From the NCBI GenBank assembly GCA_030390025.1, contig CM059433.1, forward strand, positions 15,192,001 through 15,256,000: 64,000 nucleotides of DNA, written 5' to 3'. Every line of letters begins with the position of its first letter. The stretch's first letter is position 1. The position numbers and the translations under genes were made by a program. This DNA is from Squalus acanthias (lineage: Eukaryota). A model generated the notes under the pieces. The model had not been told where the DNA came from and ran no database searches. It saw nothing but the letters and a program-made list of their open reading frames with translations. Below, piece by piece: positions 34,901 to 49,900 of this stretch.

Positions 34901-37900
34901 GTGTATTGATCATTTTAACCTCGGCTAGTTTATTGCTCTCTTTAACCCCTTGCCAGTGTATTGATCACTTTAAACCGTGGCCAGTTTATTGATCACTTTA
35001 ACCCCTGGCATGTGTATTGATCACTTTAAACCCTGGCCAGTTTATTGATCACTTTAACACCTGGCCAGTGTATTGATCACTTTAACCCCTGGCCTGTGTA
35101 TTGATCACTTTAACCCCTGGCCAGTGTATTGATCACTTTAACCACTGGCCGGTGTATTGATCAGTTGAACCCCTGGCCAGTGTATTGATCATGTTAACCC
35201 TGGCCAGTTTATTGATCACTTTAACCCTGGCCAGTGTATTGATCACTTTAACCCTGGCCAGTGTATTGATCACTTTAACCCCTGGCCAGTTTATTGATCA
35301 CTTTAACCCCTGGCCAGTGTATTGATCACTTTAACCCCTGGCCAGTGTATTGATCACTTTAACCCCTGGCCAGTTTATTGATCACTTTAACCCCTGGCCA
35401 GTGTATTGATCACTTTAACCCCTGGCCAGTGTATTGATCACTTTAACCCCTGGCCAGTGTATTGATCACTTTAACCCCTGGCCAGTGTATTGATCACTTT
35501 AAACCCTGGCCAGTTTATTGATCACTTTAACCCCTGGCCAGTGTATTGATCACTTTAACCCCTGGCCAGTTTATTGATCACTTTAACCCCTGGCCAGTGT
35601 ATTGATCACTTTAACCCCTGGCCAGTGTATTGATCACTTTAACCCCTGGCCAGTGTATTGATCACTTTAACCCCTGGCCAGTGTATTGATCACTTTAACC
35701 CCTGGCCAGTTTATTGATCACTTTAACCCCTGGCCAGTGTATTGATCACTTTAACCCCTGGCCAGTTTATTGATCACTTTAACCCCTGGCCAGTGTATTG
35801 ATCACTTTAACCCCTGGCCAGTGTATTGATCACTTTAACCCCTGGCCAGTGTATTGATCACTTTAACCCTGGCCAGTTTATTGATCACTTTAACCCCTGG
35901 CCAGTGTATTGATCACTTTAACCCCTGGCCAGTGTATTGATCACTTTAACCCCTGGCCAGTGTATTGATCACTTTAACCCCTGGCCAGTGTATTGATCAC
36001 TTTAACCCTGGCCAGTGTATTGATCACTTTAACCCCTGGCCAGTGTATTGATCACTTTAACCCCTGGCCAGTGTATTGATCACTTTAACCCCTGGCCAGT
36101 TTATTGATCACTTTAACCCCTGGCCAGTGTATTGATCACTTTAACCCCTGGCCAGTTTATTGATCACTTTAACCCCTGGCCAGTGTATTGATCACTTTAA
36201 CCCCTGGCCAGTTTATTGATCACTTTAACTCCTGGCCAGTGTATTGATCACTTTAACCCCTGGCCTGTGTATTGATCACTTTAACCCCTAGCCAATGTAT
36301 TGATCACTTTAACCCCTGGCCAGTGTATTGATCACTTTAACCCCTGGCTGGTGTATTGATCACTTTAACCCCTGGCCAGTGTATTGATCACTTTAACCCC
36401 TGGCTGTGTATTGATCACTTTAACCCCTGGCCAGTGTATTGATCACTTTAACCCCTGGCCAGTGTATTGAACACTTTAACCCCTGGCCAGTGTATTGATC
36501 ACTTTAACCTCTGCCCAGTGTATTGATCACATAAACCCCTGGCCTGTGTATTGATCACATTAACCCCTGGCCAGTGTATTGATCACTTTAACCCCTGGCC
36601 AGTGTATTGATCATTTTAACCTCGGCTAGTTTATTGATCTCTTTAACCCCTTGCCAGTGTATTGATCACTTTAAACCCTGGCCAGTTTATTGATCACTTT
36701 AACCCCTGGCCAGTGTATTGATCACTTTAAACCCTGGCCAGTTTATTGATCACTTTAACCCCTGGCCAGTGTATTGATCACTTTAACCCCTGGCCAGTGT
36801 ATTGATCACTTTAACCCCTGGCCAGTGTATTGATCACTTTAACCCCTGGCCAGTGTATTGATCACTTTAACCCCTGGCCAGTGTATTGATCACTTTAACC
36901 CTGGCCAGTTTATTGATCACTTTAACCTCTGGCCAGTGTATTGATCACTTTAACCCCTGGCCAGTGTATTGATCACTTTAACCCTCGGCCAGTGTATTGA
37001 TCACTTTAACCCCTGGCCAGTGTATTGATCACTTTAACCCCTGGCCAGTGTATTGATCACTTTAACCCCTGGCCAGTTTATTGATCACTTTAACCCCTGG
37101 CCAGTGTATTGATCACTTTAACCCCTGGCCAGTGTATTGATCACTTTAACCCCTGGCTAGTTTATTGATCACTTTAACCCCTGGCCAGTGTATTGATCAT
37201 TTTAACCCGGGCCAGTGTATTGATCACTTTAACCCCTGCCAGTGTATTGATCACTTTAACCCCTGGCCAGTTTATTGATCACTTTAACCCCTGGCCAGTG
37301 TATTGATCACTTTAACCCCTGGCCAGTGTATTGATCACTTTAAACCCTGGCCAGTGTATTGATCACTTTAACCCCTGGCCAGTGTATTGATCACTTTAAC
37401 CCCTGGCCAGTGTATTGATCACTTTAACCCCTGGCCAGTTTATTGATCACTTTAACCCCTGGCCTAGTTTATTGATCACTTTAACCCCTGGCCAGTGTAT
37501 TGATCACTTTAACCCCTGGCCAGTGTATTGATCACTTTAACCCCTGGCCAGTGTATTGATCACTTTAAGCCCTGGCCAGTTTATTGATCACTTTAACCCC
37601 TGGCCAGTGTATTGATCACTTTAACCCCTGGCCTGTGTATTGATCACTTTAACCCCTGGCCAGTGTATTGATCACTTTAACCCCTGGCCAGTTTATTGAT
37701 CACTTTAACCTCTGGCTAGTTTATTGATCTCTTTAACCCGTGGCCAGTGTATTGATCACTTTAACCCCTGGCTGGTGTATTGATCACTTTAACCCCTGGC
37801 CAGTGTATTGATCACTTTAACCCCTGGCTAGTGTATTGATCACTTTAACCCCAGGCCAGTGTATTGATCACTTTAACCCCTAGCCAATGTATTGATCACT

Positions 37901-40900
37901 TTAACCCCTGGCCAGTGTATTGATCACTTTAACCCCTGGCCAGGGTATTGATCACTTTAACCCCTAGCCAATGTATTGATCACTTTAACCCCTGGCCAAT
38001 GTATTGATCACTTTAACCCCTGGCCAGTGTATTGATCACTTTAACCCCTGGCCAGTTTATTGATCACTTTAACCCCTGACCAGTGTATTGATCACTTTAA
38101 CCCCTGGCCTGTGTATTGATCACTTTAAACCCTGGCCAGTGTATTGATCACTTAAACCTCTGGCCAATGTATTGATCACTTTAACCCCTGGCCAGTTTAT
38201 TGATCACTTTAACCCCTGGCCAGTGTATTGATCACTTTAACCCCTGGCCAGTGTATTGATCACTTTAACCCCTGGCCAGTGTATTGATCACTTTAACCCC
38301 TGGCCAGTGTATTGATCACTTTAACCCCTGGCCAGTGTATTGATCACTTTAACCACTGGCCAGTGTATTGATCACTTTAACCTCTGGCCAGTGTATTGAT
38401 CACTTTAACCCCTGGCCAGTGTATTGATCACTTTAACCCTGGCCAGTGTATTGATCACTTTAACCCCTGGCCAGTGTATTGATCACTTTAACCCCTGGCC
38501 AGTGTATTGATCACTTTAACCCTGGCCAGTGTATTGATCACTTTAACCCCTGGCCAGTGTATTGATCACTTTAAGCCCTGGCCAGTGTATTGATCACTTT
38601 AACCTCTGGCCAGTGTATTGATCACTTTAACCCCTGGCCAGTGTATTGATCACTTTAACCCCTGGCCAGTGTATTGATCACTTTAACCCCTGGCCAGTGT
38701 ATTGATCACTTTAACCCCTGGCAGTGTATTGATCACTTTAACCCCTGGCCGGTGTATTGATCACTTTAACCCCTGGCCAGTGTATTGATCACTTTAACCC
38801 CTGGCCAGTGTATTGATCACTTTAACCCCTGGCCAGTTTATTGATCACTTTAACCCCTGGCCAGTGTATTGATCACTTTAACCCCTGGCCAGTTTATTGA
38901 TCACTTTAAACCCTGGCCAGTTTATTGATCACTTTAACCCGTGGCCAGTGTATTGATCACTTTAACCCTGGCCAGTGTATTGATCACTTTAACCCCTGGC
39001 CAGTGTATTGATCACTTTAACCCCTGGCCAGTGTATTGATCACTTTAACCCCTGGCCAGTGTATTGATCACTTTAACCCCTGGCCAGTGTATTGATCACT
39101 TTAACCCCTGGCCAGTGTATTGATCACTTTAACCCCTGGCCAGTGTATTGATCACTTTAACCCCTGGCCAGTTTATTGATCACTTTAACCCCTGGCCAGT
39201 GTATTGATCACTTTAACCCTGGCCAGTGTATTGATCACTTTAACCCCTGGCCAGTGTATTGATCACTTTAACCCCTGGCCAGTGTATTGATCACTTTAAC
39301 CCCTGGCCAGTGTATTGATCACTTTAACCCCTGGCCAGTGTATTGATCACTTAAACCCCTGGCCAGTGTATTGATCACTTTAACCCCTGGCCAGTGTATT
39401 GATCACTTTAACCCCTGGCCAGTGTATTGATCACTTTAACCCTGGCCAGTGTATTGATCACTTTAACCCCTGGCCAGTGTATTGATCACTTTAAACCCTG
39501 GCCAGTTTATTGATCACTTTAACCCCTGGCCAGTGTATTGATCACTTTAACCCCTGGCCTGTGTATTGATCACTTTAACCCCTGGCAGTGTATTGATCAC
39601 TTTAACCCCTGGCCAGTTTATTGATCACTTTAACCCCTGGCCAGTGTATTGATCACTTTAACCCCTGGCCAGTGTATTGATCACTTTAACCCCTGGCCAG
39701 TGTATTGATCACTTTAACCCCTGGCCAGTGTATTGATCACTTTAACCCCTGGCCAGTGTATTGATCACTTTAACCCCTGGCCAGTGTATTGATCACTTTA
39801 ACCTCTGGCCAGTGTATTGATCACTTTAACCCCTGGCCAGTGTATTGATCACTTTAACCCCTGGCCAGTGTATTGATCACTTTAACCCCTGGCCAGTGTA
39901 TTGATCACTTTAACCCCTGGCCAGTGTATTGATCACTTTAACCCCTGGCCAGTGTATTGATCACTTTAACCCCTGGCCAGTGTATTGATCACTTTAACCC
40001 CTGGCCAGTGTATTGATCACTTTAACCCCTGGCCAGTGTATTGATCACTTTAACCCCTGGCCAGTGTATTGATCACTTTAACCCTGGCCAGTGTATTGAT
40101 CACTTTAACCCCTGGCCAGTGTATTGATCACTTTAACCCCTGGCCAGTGTATTGATCACTTTAACCCCTGGCCAGTGTATTGATCACTTTAACCCCTGGC
40201 CAGTGTATTGATCACTTTAACCCCTGGCCAGTGTATTGATCACTTTAACCCCTGGCCAGTGTATTGATCACTTTAACCCCTGGCCAGTGTATTGATCACT
40301 TTAACCCCTGGCCAGTGTATTGATCACTTTAACCCCTGGCCAGTGTATTGATCACTTTAACCCCTGGCCAGTGTATTGATCACTTTAACCCCTGGCCAGT
40401 GTATTGATCACTTTAACCCCTGGCCAGTGTATTGATCACTTTAACCCTGGCCAGTGTATTGATCACTTTAACCCCTGGCCAGTGTATTGATCACTTTAAC
40501 CCTGGCCAGTGTATTGATCACTTTAACCCCTGGCCAGTGTATTGATCACTTTAACCCCTGGCCAGTGTATTGATCACTTTAACCCCTGGCCAGTGTATTG
40601 ATCACTTTAACCCCTGGCCAGTGTATTGATCACTTTAACCCCTGGCCAGTGTATTGATCACTTTAACCCTGGCCAGTGTATTGATCACTTTAACCCCTGG
40701 CCAGTGTATTGATCACTTTAACCCCTGGCCAGTGTATTGATCACTTTAACCCCTGGCCAGTTTATTGATCACTTTAACCCCTGGCCAGTGTATTGATCAC
40801 TTTAACCCCTGGCCAGTTTATTGATCACTTTAACCCTGGCCAGTTTATTGATCACTTTAACCCCTGGCCAGTGTATTGATCACTTTAACCCTGGCCAGTG

Positions 40901-43900
40901 TATTGATCACTTTAACCCCTGGCCAGTGTATTGATCACTTTAACCCCTGGCCAGTGTATTGATCACTTTAACCCCTGGCCAGTGTATTGATCACTTTAAC
41001 CCCTGGCCAGTGTATTGATCACTTTAACCCCTGGCCAGTGTATTGATCACTTTAACCCCTGGCCAGTGTATTGATCACTTTAACCCCTGGCCAGTTTATT
41101 GATCACTTTAACCCCTGGCCAGTTTATTGATCACTTTAACCCTGGCCAGTGTATTGATCACTTTAACCCCTGGCCAGTGTATTGATCACTTTAACCCCTG
41201 GCCAGTGTATTGATCACTTTAACCCCTGGCCAGTGTATTGATCACTTTAACCTCTGCCCAGTGTATTGATCACATAAACCCCTGGCCTGTGTATTGATCA
41301 CATTAACCCCTGGCCAGTGTATTGATCATTTTAACCCCCGGCCAGTGTATTGATCATTTTAACCTCGGCTAGTTTATTGCTCTCTTTAACCCCTTGCCAG
41401 TGTATTGATCACTTTAAACCCTGGCCAGTTTATTGATCACTTTAACACCTGGCCAGTGTATTGATCACTTTAACCCCTGGCCTGTGTATTGATCACTTTA
41501 ACCCCTGGCATGTGTATTGATCACTTTAAACCCTGGCCAGTTTATTGATCACTTTAACACCTGGCCAGTGTATTGATCACTTTAACCCCTGGCCTGTGTA
41601 TTGATCACTTTAACCCCTGGCCAGTGTATTGATCACTTTAACCACTGGCCGGTGTATTGATCAGTTGAACCCCTGGCCAGTGTATTGATCATGTTAACCT
41701 CGCCCAGTTTATTGATCACTTTAACCTCTGGCCGGTGTGTTGATCAGTTTAACCCTTGGCCAGTGTATTGATCATTTTAACCTCGGCCAGTTTATTGATC
41801 ACTTTAACCCCTGGCCAGTGTATTGATCACTTTAACCCCTGGCCAGTGTATTGATCACTTTAACCCCTGGCCAGTTTATTGATCACTTTAACCCCTGGCC
41901 AGTGTATTGATCACTTTAACCCCTGGCCAGTGTATTGATCACTTTAACCCCTGGCTAGTTTATTGCTCACTTTAACCCCTGGCCTGTGTATTGATCACTT
42001 TAAACCCTGGCCAGTTTATTGATCACTTTAACCCCTGACCAGTGTATTGATCACTTTAACCCCTGGCCAGTTTATTGATCACTTTAACCCCTGGCCAGTG
42101 TATTGATCACTTTAACCCCTGGACTGTGTATTGATCACTTTAAACTCTGGCCAGTGTATTGATCACTTTAACCCCTGGCCAGTGTATTGATCACTTTAAC
42201 CCCTGGCCAGTTTATTGATCACTTTAACCCCTGGCCAGTTTATTGATCACTTTAACCCCTGGCTAGTTTATTGATCACTTTAACCCCTGGCCAGTGTATT
42301 GATCACTTTAACCCCTGGCCAGTTTATTGATCACTTTAACCCCTGACCAGTGTATTGATCACTTTAAGCCCTGGCCAGTTTATTGATCACTTTAACCCCT
42401 GGCCAGTGTATTGATCACTTTAACCCCTGGCCTGTGTATTGATCACTTTAACCCCTAGCCAATGTATTGATCACTTTAACCCCTGGCCAGTTTATTGATC
42501 ACTTTAACCTCTGGCTAGTTTATTGATCTCTTTAACCCGTGGCCAGTGTATTGATCACTTTAACCCCTGGCCAGTGTATTGATCACTTTAACCCCTGGCC
42601 AATGTATTGATCACTTTAACCCCTGGCCAGTGTATTGATCACTTTAACCCCAGGCCAGTGTATTGATCACTTTAACCCCAGGCCAGTGTATTGATCACTT
42701 TAACCCCTGGCCAGTGTATTGATCACTTTAACCCCTGGCCAGTGTATTGATCACTTTAACCCCTAGCCAGTGTATTGATCACTTTAACCCCTGGCCAGTG
42801 TATTGATCACTTTAACCCTTGGCCAGTGTATTGATCACTTTAACCCCTGGCCAGTTTATTGATCACTTTAACCCCTGACCAGTGTATTGATCACTTTAAC
42901 CCCTGGCCTGTGTATTGATCACTTTAACCCCTGGCCAGTGTATTGATCACTTAAACCTCTGGCCAGTGTATTGATCACTTTAACCCCTGGCCAGATTATT
43001 GATCACTTTAACCCCTGGCCAGTGTATTGATCACTTTAACCCCTGGCCAGTGTATTGATCACTTTAACCCCTGGCCAGTGTATTGATCACTTTAACCCCT
43101 GGCAAGTGTATTGATCACTTTAACCCCTAGCCAGTGTATTGATCACTTTAACCACTGGCCAGTGTATTGATCACTTTAACCTCTGGCCAGTGTATTGATC
43201 ACTTTAACCCCTAGCCAATGTATTGATCACTTTAACCCCTGGCCAGTGTATTGATCACTTTAACCCCTGGCCAGTGTATTGATCACTTTAACCCCTGGCC
43301 AGTGTATTGATCACTTTAACCACTGGCCAGTGTATTGATCACTTTAACCCCTGGCCTGTGTATTGATCACTTTAAACCCTGGCCAGTGTATTGATCACTT
43401 TAACCTCTGGCCAGTGTATTGATCACTTTAACCCCTGGCCAGTGTATTGATCACTTTAACCCCTGGCCAGTGTATTGATCACTTTAACCCCTGGCCAGTG
43501 TATTGATCACTTTAACCCCTGGCCAGTGTATTGATCACTTTAACCCCTGGCCGGTGTATTGATCACTTTAACCCCTGGCCAGTGTATTGATCACTTTAAC
43601 CCATGGCCAGTGTATTGATCACTTTAACCCCTGGCCAGTGTATTGATCACTTTAACCCGTGGCCAGTGTATTGATCACTTTAACCCCTGGCCAGTTTATT
43701 GATCACTTTAACCCGTGGCCAGTGTATTGATCACTTTAACAAGTGGCCAGTTTATTGATCACTTTAACCCACGGCCAGTGTATTGATCATTTTAACCTCG
43801 GCTAGTTTATTGATCACTTTAACCCCTGGCCAGTTTATTGATCACTTTAACCCGTGGCCAGTGTATTGATCACTTTAACCTCTGGCCAATGTATTGATCA

Positions 43901-46900
43901 CTTTAACCCATGGCGAGTGTATTGATCACTTCAACCCCTGGCCAGTGTATTGATCACTTTAACCCCTGGCCGGTGTATTGATCACTTTAACCCATGTCGA
44001 GTGTATTGATCACTTTAACCCCTGGCCAGTTTATTGATCACTTTAACCCGTGGCCAGTGTATTGATCACTTTAACCCCTGGCCAGTTTATTGATCACTTT
44101 AACCCCTGGCCAGTTTATTGATCACTTTAACCCGTGGCCAGTGTATTGATCACTTTAACCTCTGGCCAGTGTATTGATCACTTTAACCCCTGGCCAGTGT
44201 ATTGATCACTTTAACCCCTGGCCAGTGTATTGATCACTTTAACCCCTGGCCAGTGTATTGATCACTTTAACCCCTGGCCAGTGTATTGATCACTTTAACC
44301 CCTGGCCAGTGTATTGATCACTTTAACCCCTGGCCAGTGTATTGATCACTTTAACCCCTGGCCAGTGTATTGATCACTTTAACCCCTGGCCAGTGTATTG
44401 ATCACTTTAACCCCTGGCCAGTGTATTGATCACTTTAACCCCTGGCCAGTTTATTGATCACTTTAACCCCTGGCCAGTGTATTGATCACTTTAACCCCTG
44501 GCCAGTGTATTGATCACTTTAACCCCTGGCCAGTGTATTGATCACTTTAACCCCTGGCCAGTTTATTGATCACTTTAACCCCTGGCCAGTGTATTGATCA
44601 CTTTAACCCCTGGCCAGTGTATTGATCACTTTAACCCTGGCCAGTTTATTGATCACTTTAACCCCTGGCCAGTGTATTGATCACTTTAACCCCTGGCCAG
44701 TGTATTGATCACTTTAACCCCTGGCCAGTGTATTGATCACTTTAACCCCTGGCCAGTGTATTGATCACTTTAACCCCTGGCCAGTGTATTGATCACTTTA
44801 ACCCCTGGCCAGTGTATTGATCACTTTAACCCCTGGCCAGTGTATTGATCACTTTAACCCCTGGCCAGTGTATTGATCACTTTAACCCCTGGCCAGTGTA
44901 TTGATCACTTTAACCCCTGGCCAGTGTATTGATCACTTTAACCCCTGGCCAGTGTATTGATCACTTTAACCCCTGGCCAGTGTATTGATCACTTTAACCC
45001 CTGGCCAGTGTATTGATCACTTTAACCCCTGGCCAGTGTATTGATCACTTTAACCCTGGCCAGTGTATTGATCACTTTAACCCCTGGCCAGTGTATTGAT
45101 CACTTTAACCCTGGCCAGTGTATTGATCACTTTAACCCCTGGCCAGTGTATTGATCACTTTAACCCCTGGCCAGTGTATTGATCACTTTAACCCCTGGCC
45201 AGTGTATTGATCACTTTAACCCCTGGCCAGTGTATTGATCACTTTAACCCCTGGCCAGTGTATTGATCACTTTAACCCCTGGCCAGTGTATTGATCACTT
45301 TAACCCCTGGCCAGTGTATTGATCACTTTAACCCCTGGCCAGTGTATTGATCACTTTAACCCTGGCCAGTGTATTGATCACTTTAACCCCTGGCCAGTGT
45401 ATTGATCACTTTAACCCTGGCCAGTGTATTGATCACTTTAACCCCTGGCCAGTGTATTGATCACTTTAACCCCTGGCCAGTGTATTGATCACTTTAACCC
45501 CTGGCCAGTGTATTGATCACTTTAACCCTGGCCAGTGTATTGATCACTTTAACCCCTGGCCAGTGTATTGATCACTTTAACCCCTGGCCAGTGTATTGAT
45601 CACTTTAACCCCTGGCCAGTGTATTGATCACTTTAACCCCTGGCCAGTGTATTGATCACTTTAACCCCTGGCCAGTGTATTGATCACTTTAACCCCTGGC
45701 CAGTGTATTGATCACTTTAACCCCTGGCCAGTGTATTGATCACTTTAACCCCTGGCCAGTGTATTGATCACTTTAACCCCTGGCCAGTGTATTGATCACT
45801 TTAACCCCTGGCCAGTGTATTGATCACTTTAACCCCTGGCCAGTGTATTGATCACTTTAACCCCTGGCCAGTGTATTGATCACTTTAACCCCTGGCCAGT
45901 GTATTGATCACTTTAACCCCTGGCCAGTGTATTGATCACTTTAACCCCTGGCCAGTGTATTGATCACTTTAACCCCTGGCCAGTGTATTGATCACTTTAA
46001 CCCCTGGCCAGTGTATTGATCACTTTAACCCCTGGCCAGTGTATTGATCACTTTAACCCCTGGCCAGTGTATTGATCACTTTAACCCCTGGCCAGTGTAT
46101 TGATCACTTTAACCCCTGGCCAGTGTATTGATCACTTTAACCCCTGGCCAGTGTATTGATCACTTTAACCCCTGGCCAGTGTATTGATCACTTTAACCCC
46201 TGGCCAGTGTATTGATCACTTTAACCCCTGGCCAGTGTATTGATCACTTTAACCCCTGGCCAGTGTATTGATCACTTTAACCCCTGGCCAGTGTATTGAT
46301 CACTTTAACCCCTGGCCAGTGTATTGATCACTTTAACCCCTGGCCAGTGTATTGATCACTTTAACCCCTGGCCAGTGTATTGATCACTTTAACCCCTGGC
46401 CAGTGTATTGATCACTTTAACCCCTGGCCAGTGTATTGATCACTTTAACCCCTGGCCAGTGTATTGATCACTTTAACCCCTGGCCAGTGTATTGATCACT
46501 TTAACCCCTGGCCAGTGTATTGATCACTTTAACCCCTGGCCAGTGTATTGATCACTTTAACCCCTGGCCAGTGTATTGATCACTTTAACCCCTGGCCAGT
46601 GTATTGATCACTTTAACCCCTGGCCAGTGTATTGATCACTTTAACCCCTGGCCAGTGTATTGATCACTTTAACCCCTGGCCAGTGTATTGATCACTTTAA
46701 CCCCTGGCCAGTGTATTGATCACTTTAACCCCTGGCCAGTGTATTGATCACTTTAACCCCTGGCCAGTGTATTGATCACTTTAACCCCTGGCCAGTGTAT
46801 TGATCACTTTAACCCCTGGCCAGTGTATTGATCACTTTAACCCCTGGCCAGTGTATTGATCACTTTAACCCCTGGCCAGTGTATTGATCACTTTAACCCC

Positions 46901-49900
46901 TGGCCAGTGTATTGATCACTTTAACCCCTGGCCAGTGTATTGATCACTTTAACCCCTGGCCAGTGTATTGATCACTTTAACCCCTGGCCAGTGTATTGAT
47001 CACTTTAACCCCTGGCCAGTGTATTGATCACTTTAACCCCTGGCCAGTGTATTGATCACTTTAACCCCTGGCCAGTGTATTGATCACTTTAACCCCTGGC
47101 CAGTGTATTGATCACTTTAACCCCTGGCCAGTGTATTGATCACTTTAACCCCTGGCCAGTGTATTGATCACTTTAACCCCTGGCCAGTGTATTGATCACT
47201 TTAACCCCTGGCCAGTGTATTGATCACTTTAACCCCTGGCCAGTGTATTGATCACTTTAACCCCTGGCCAGTGTATTGATCACTTTAACCCCTGGCCAGT
47301 GTATTGATCACTTTAACCCCTGGCCAGTGTATTGATCACTTTAACCCCTGGCCAGTGTATTGATCACTTTAACCCCTGGCCAGTGTATTGATCACTTTAA
47401 CCCCTGGCCAGTGTATTGATCACTTTAACCCCTGGCCAGTGTATTGATCACTTTAACCCCTGGCCAGTGTATTGATCACTTTAACCCCTGGCCAGTGTAT
47501 TGATCACTTTAACCCCTGGCCAGTGTATTGATCACTTTAACCCCTGGCCAGTGTATTGATCACTTTAACCCCTGGCCAGTGTATTGATCACTTTAACCCC
47601 TGGCCAGTGTATTGATCACTTTAACCCCTGGCCAGTGTATTGATCACTTTAACCCCTGGCCAGTGTATTGATCACTTTAACCCTGGCCAGTGTATTGATC
47701 ACTTTAACCCCTGGCCAGTGTATTGATCACTTTAACCCCTGGCCAGTGTATTGATCACTTTAACCCCTGGCCAGTGTATTGATCACTTTAACCCCTGGCC
47801 AGTGTATTGATCACTTTAACCCCTGGCCAGTGTATTGATCACTTTAACCCCTGGCCAGTGTATTGATCACTTTAACCCCTGGCCAGTGTATTGATCACTT
47901 TAACCCCTGGCCAGTGTATTGATCACTTTAACCCCTGGCCAGTGTATTGATCACTTTAACCCCTGGCCAGTGTATTGATCACTTTAACCCCTGGCCAGTG
48001 TATTGATCACTTTAACCCCTGGCCAGTGTATTGATCACTTTAACCCCTGGCCAGTGTATTGATCACTTTAACCCCTGGCCAGTGTATTGATCACTTTAAC
48101 CCCTGGCCAGTGTATTGATCACTTTAACCCCTGGCCAGTGTATTGATCACTTTAACCCCTGGCCAGTGTATTGATCACTTTAACCCCTGGCCAGTGTATT
48201 GATCACTTTAACCCCTGGCCAGTGTATTGATCACTTTAACCCCTGGCCAGTGTATTGATCACTTTAACCCCTGGCCAGTGTATTGATCACTTTAACCCCT
48301 GGCCAGTGTATTGATCACTTTAACCCCTGGCCAGTGTATTGATCACTTTAACCCCTGGCCAGTGTATTGATCACTTTAACCCCTGGCCAGTGTATTGATC
48401 ACTTTAACCCCTGGCCAGTGTATTGATCACTTTAACCCCTGGCCAGTGTATTGATCACTTTAACCCCTGGCCAGTGTATTGATCACTTTAACCCCTGGCC
48501 AGTGTATTGATCACTTTAACCCCTGGCCAGTGTATTGATCACTTTAACCCCTGGCCAGTGTATTGATCACTTTAACCCCTGGCCAGTGTATTGATCACTT
48601 TAACCCCTGGCCAGTGTATTGATCACTTTAACCCCTGGCCAGTGTATTGATCACTTTAACCCCTGGCCAGTGTATTGATCACTTTAACCCCTGGCCAGTG
48701 TATTGATCACTTTAACCCCTGGCCAGTGTATTGATCACTTTAACCCCTGGCCAGTGTATTGATCACTTTAACCCCTGGCCAGTGTATTGATCACTTTAAC
48801 CCCTGGCCAGTGTATTGATCACTTTAACCCCTGGCCAGTGTATTGATCACTTTAACCCCTGGCCAGTGTATTGATCACTTTAACCCCTGGCCAGTGTATT
48901 GATCACTTTAACCCCTGGCCAGTGTATTGATCACTTTAACCCCTGGCCAGTGTATTGATCACTTTAACCCCTGGCCAGTGTATTGATCACTTTAACCCCT
49001 GGCCAGTGTATTGATCACTTTAACCCCTGGCCAGTGTATTGATCACTTTAACCCCTGGCCAGTGTATTGATCACTTTAACCCCTGGCCAGTGTATTGATC
49101 ACTTTAACCCCTGGCCAGTGTATTGATCACTTTAACCCCTGGCCAGTGTATTGATCACTTTAACCCCTGGCCAGTGTATTGATCACTTTAACCCCTGGCC
49201 AGTGTATTGATCACTTTAACCCCTGGCCAGTGTATTGATCACTTTAACCCCTGGCCAGTGTATTGATCACTTTAACCCCTGGCCAGTGTATTGATCACTT
49301 TAACCCCTGGCCAGTGTATTGATCACTTTAACCCCTGGCCAGTGTATTGATCACTTTAACCCCTGGCCAGTGTATTGATCACTTTAACCCCTGGCCAGTG
49401 TATTGATCACTTTAACCCCTGGCCAGTGTATTGATCACTTTAACCCCTGGCCAGTGTATTGATCACTTTAACCCCTGGCCAGTGTATTGATCATTTTAAC
49501 CTGGGCTAGTTTATTGATCACTTTAACCCCTGGCCAGTGTATTGATCATTTTAACCTTGGCCAGTTTATTGATCACTTTAACCCCTGGCCAGTGTATTGA
49601 TCACTTTAACCCCTGGCCAGTGTATTGATCACTTTAACCCCTGGCCAGTGTATTGATCACTTTAACCCCTGGCCAGTGTATTGATCACTTTAACCCCTGG
49701 CCAGTGTATTGATCACTTTAACCCCTGGCCAGTGTATTGATCACTTTAACCCCTGGCCAGTGTATTGATCACTTTAACCCCTGGCCAGTGTATTGATCAC
49801 TTTAACCCCTGGCCAGTGTATTGATCACTTTAACCCCTGGCCAGTGTATTGATCACTTTAACCCTGGCCAGTGTATTGATCACTTTAACCCCTGGCCAGT

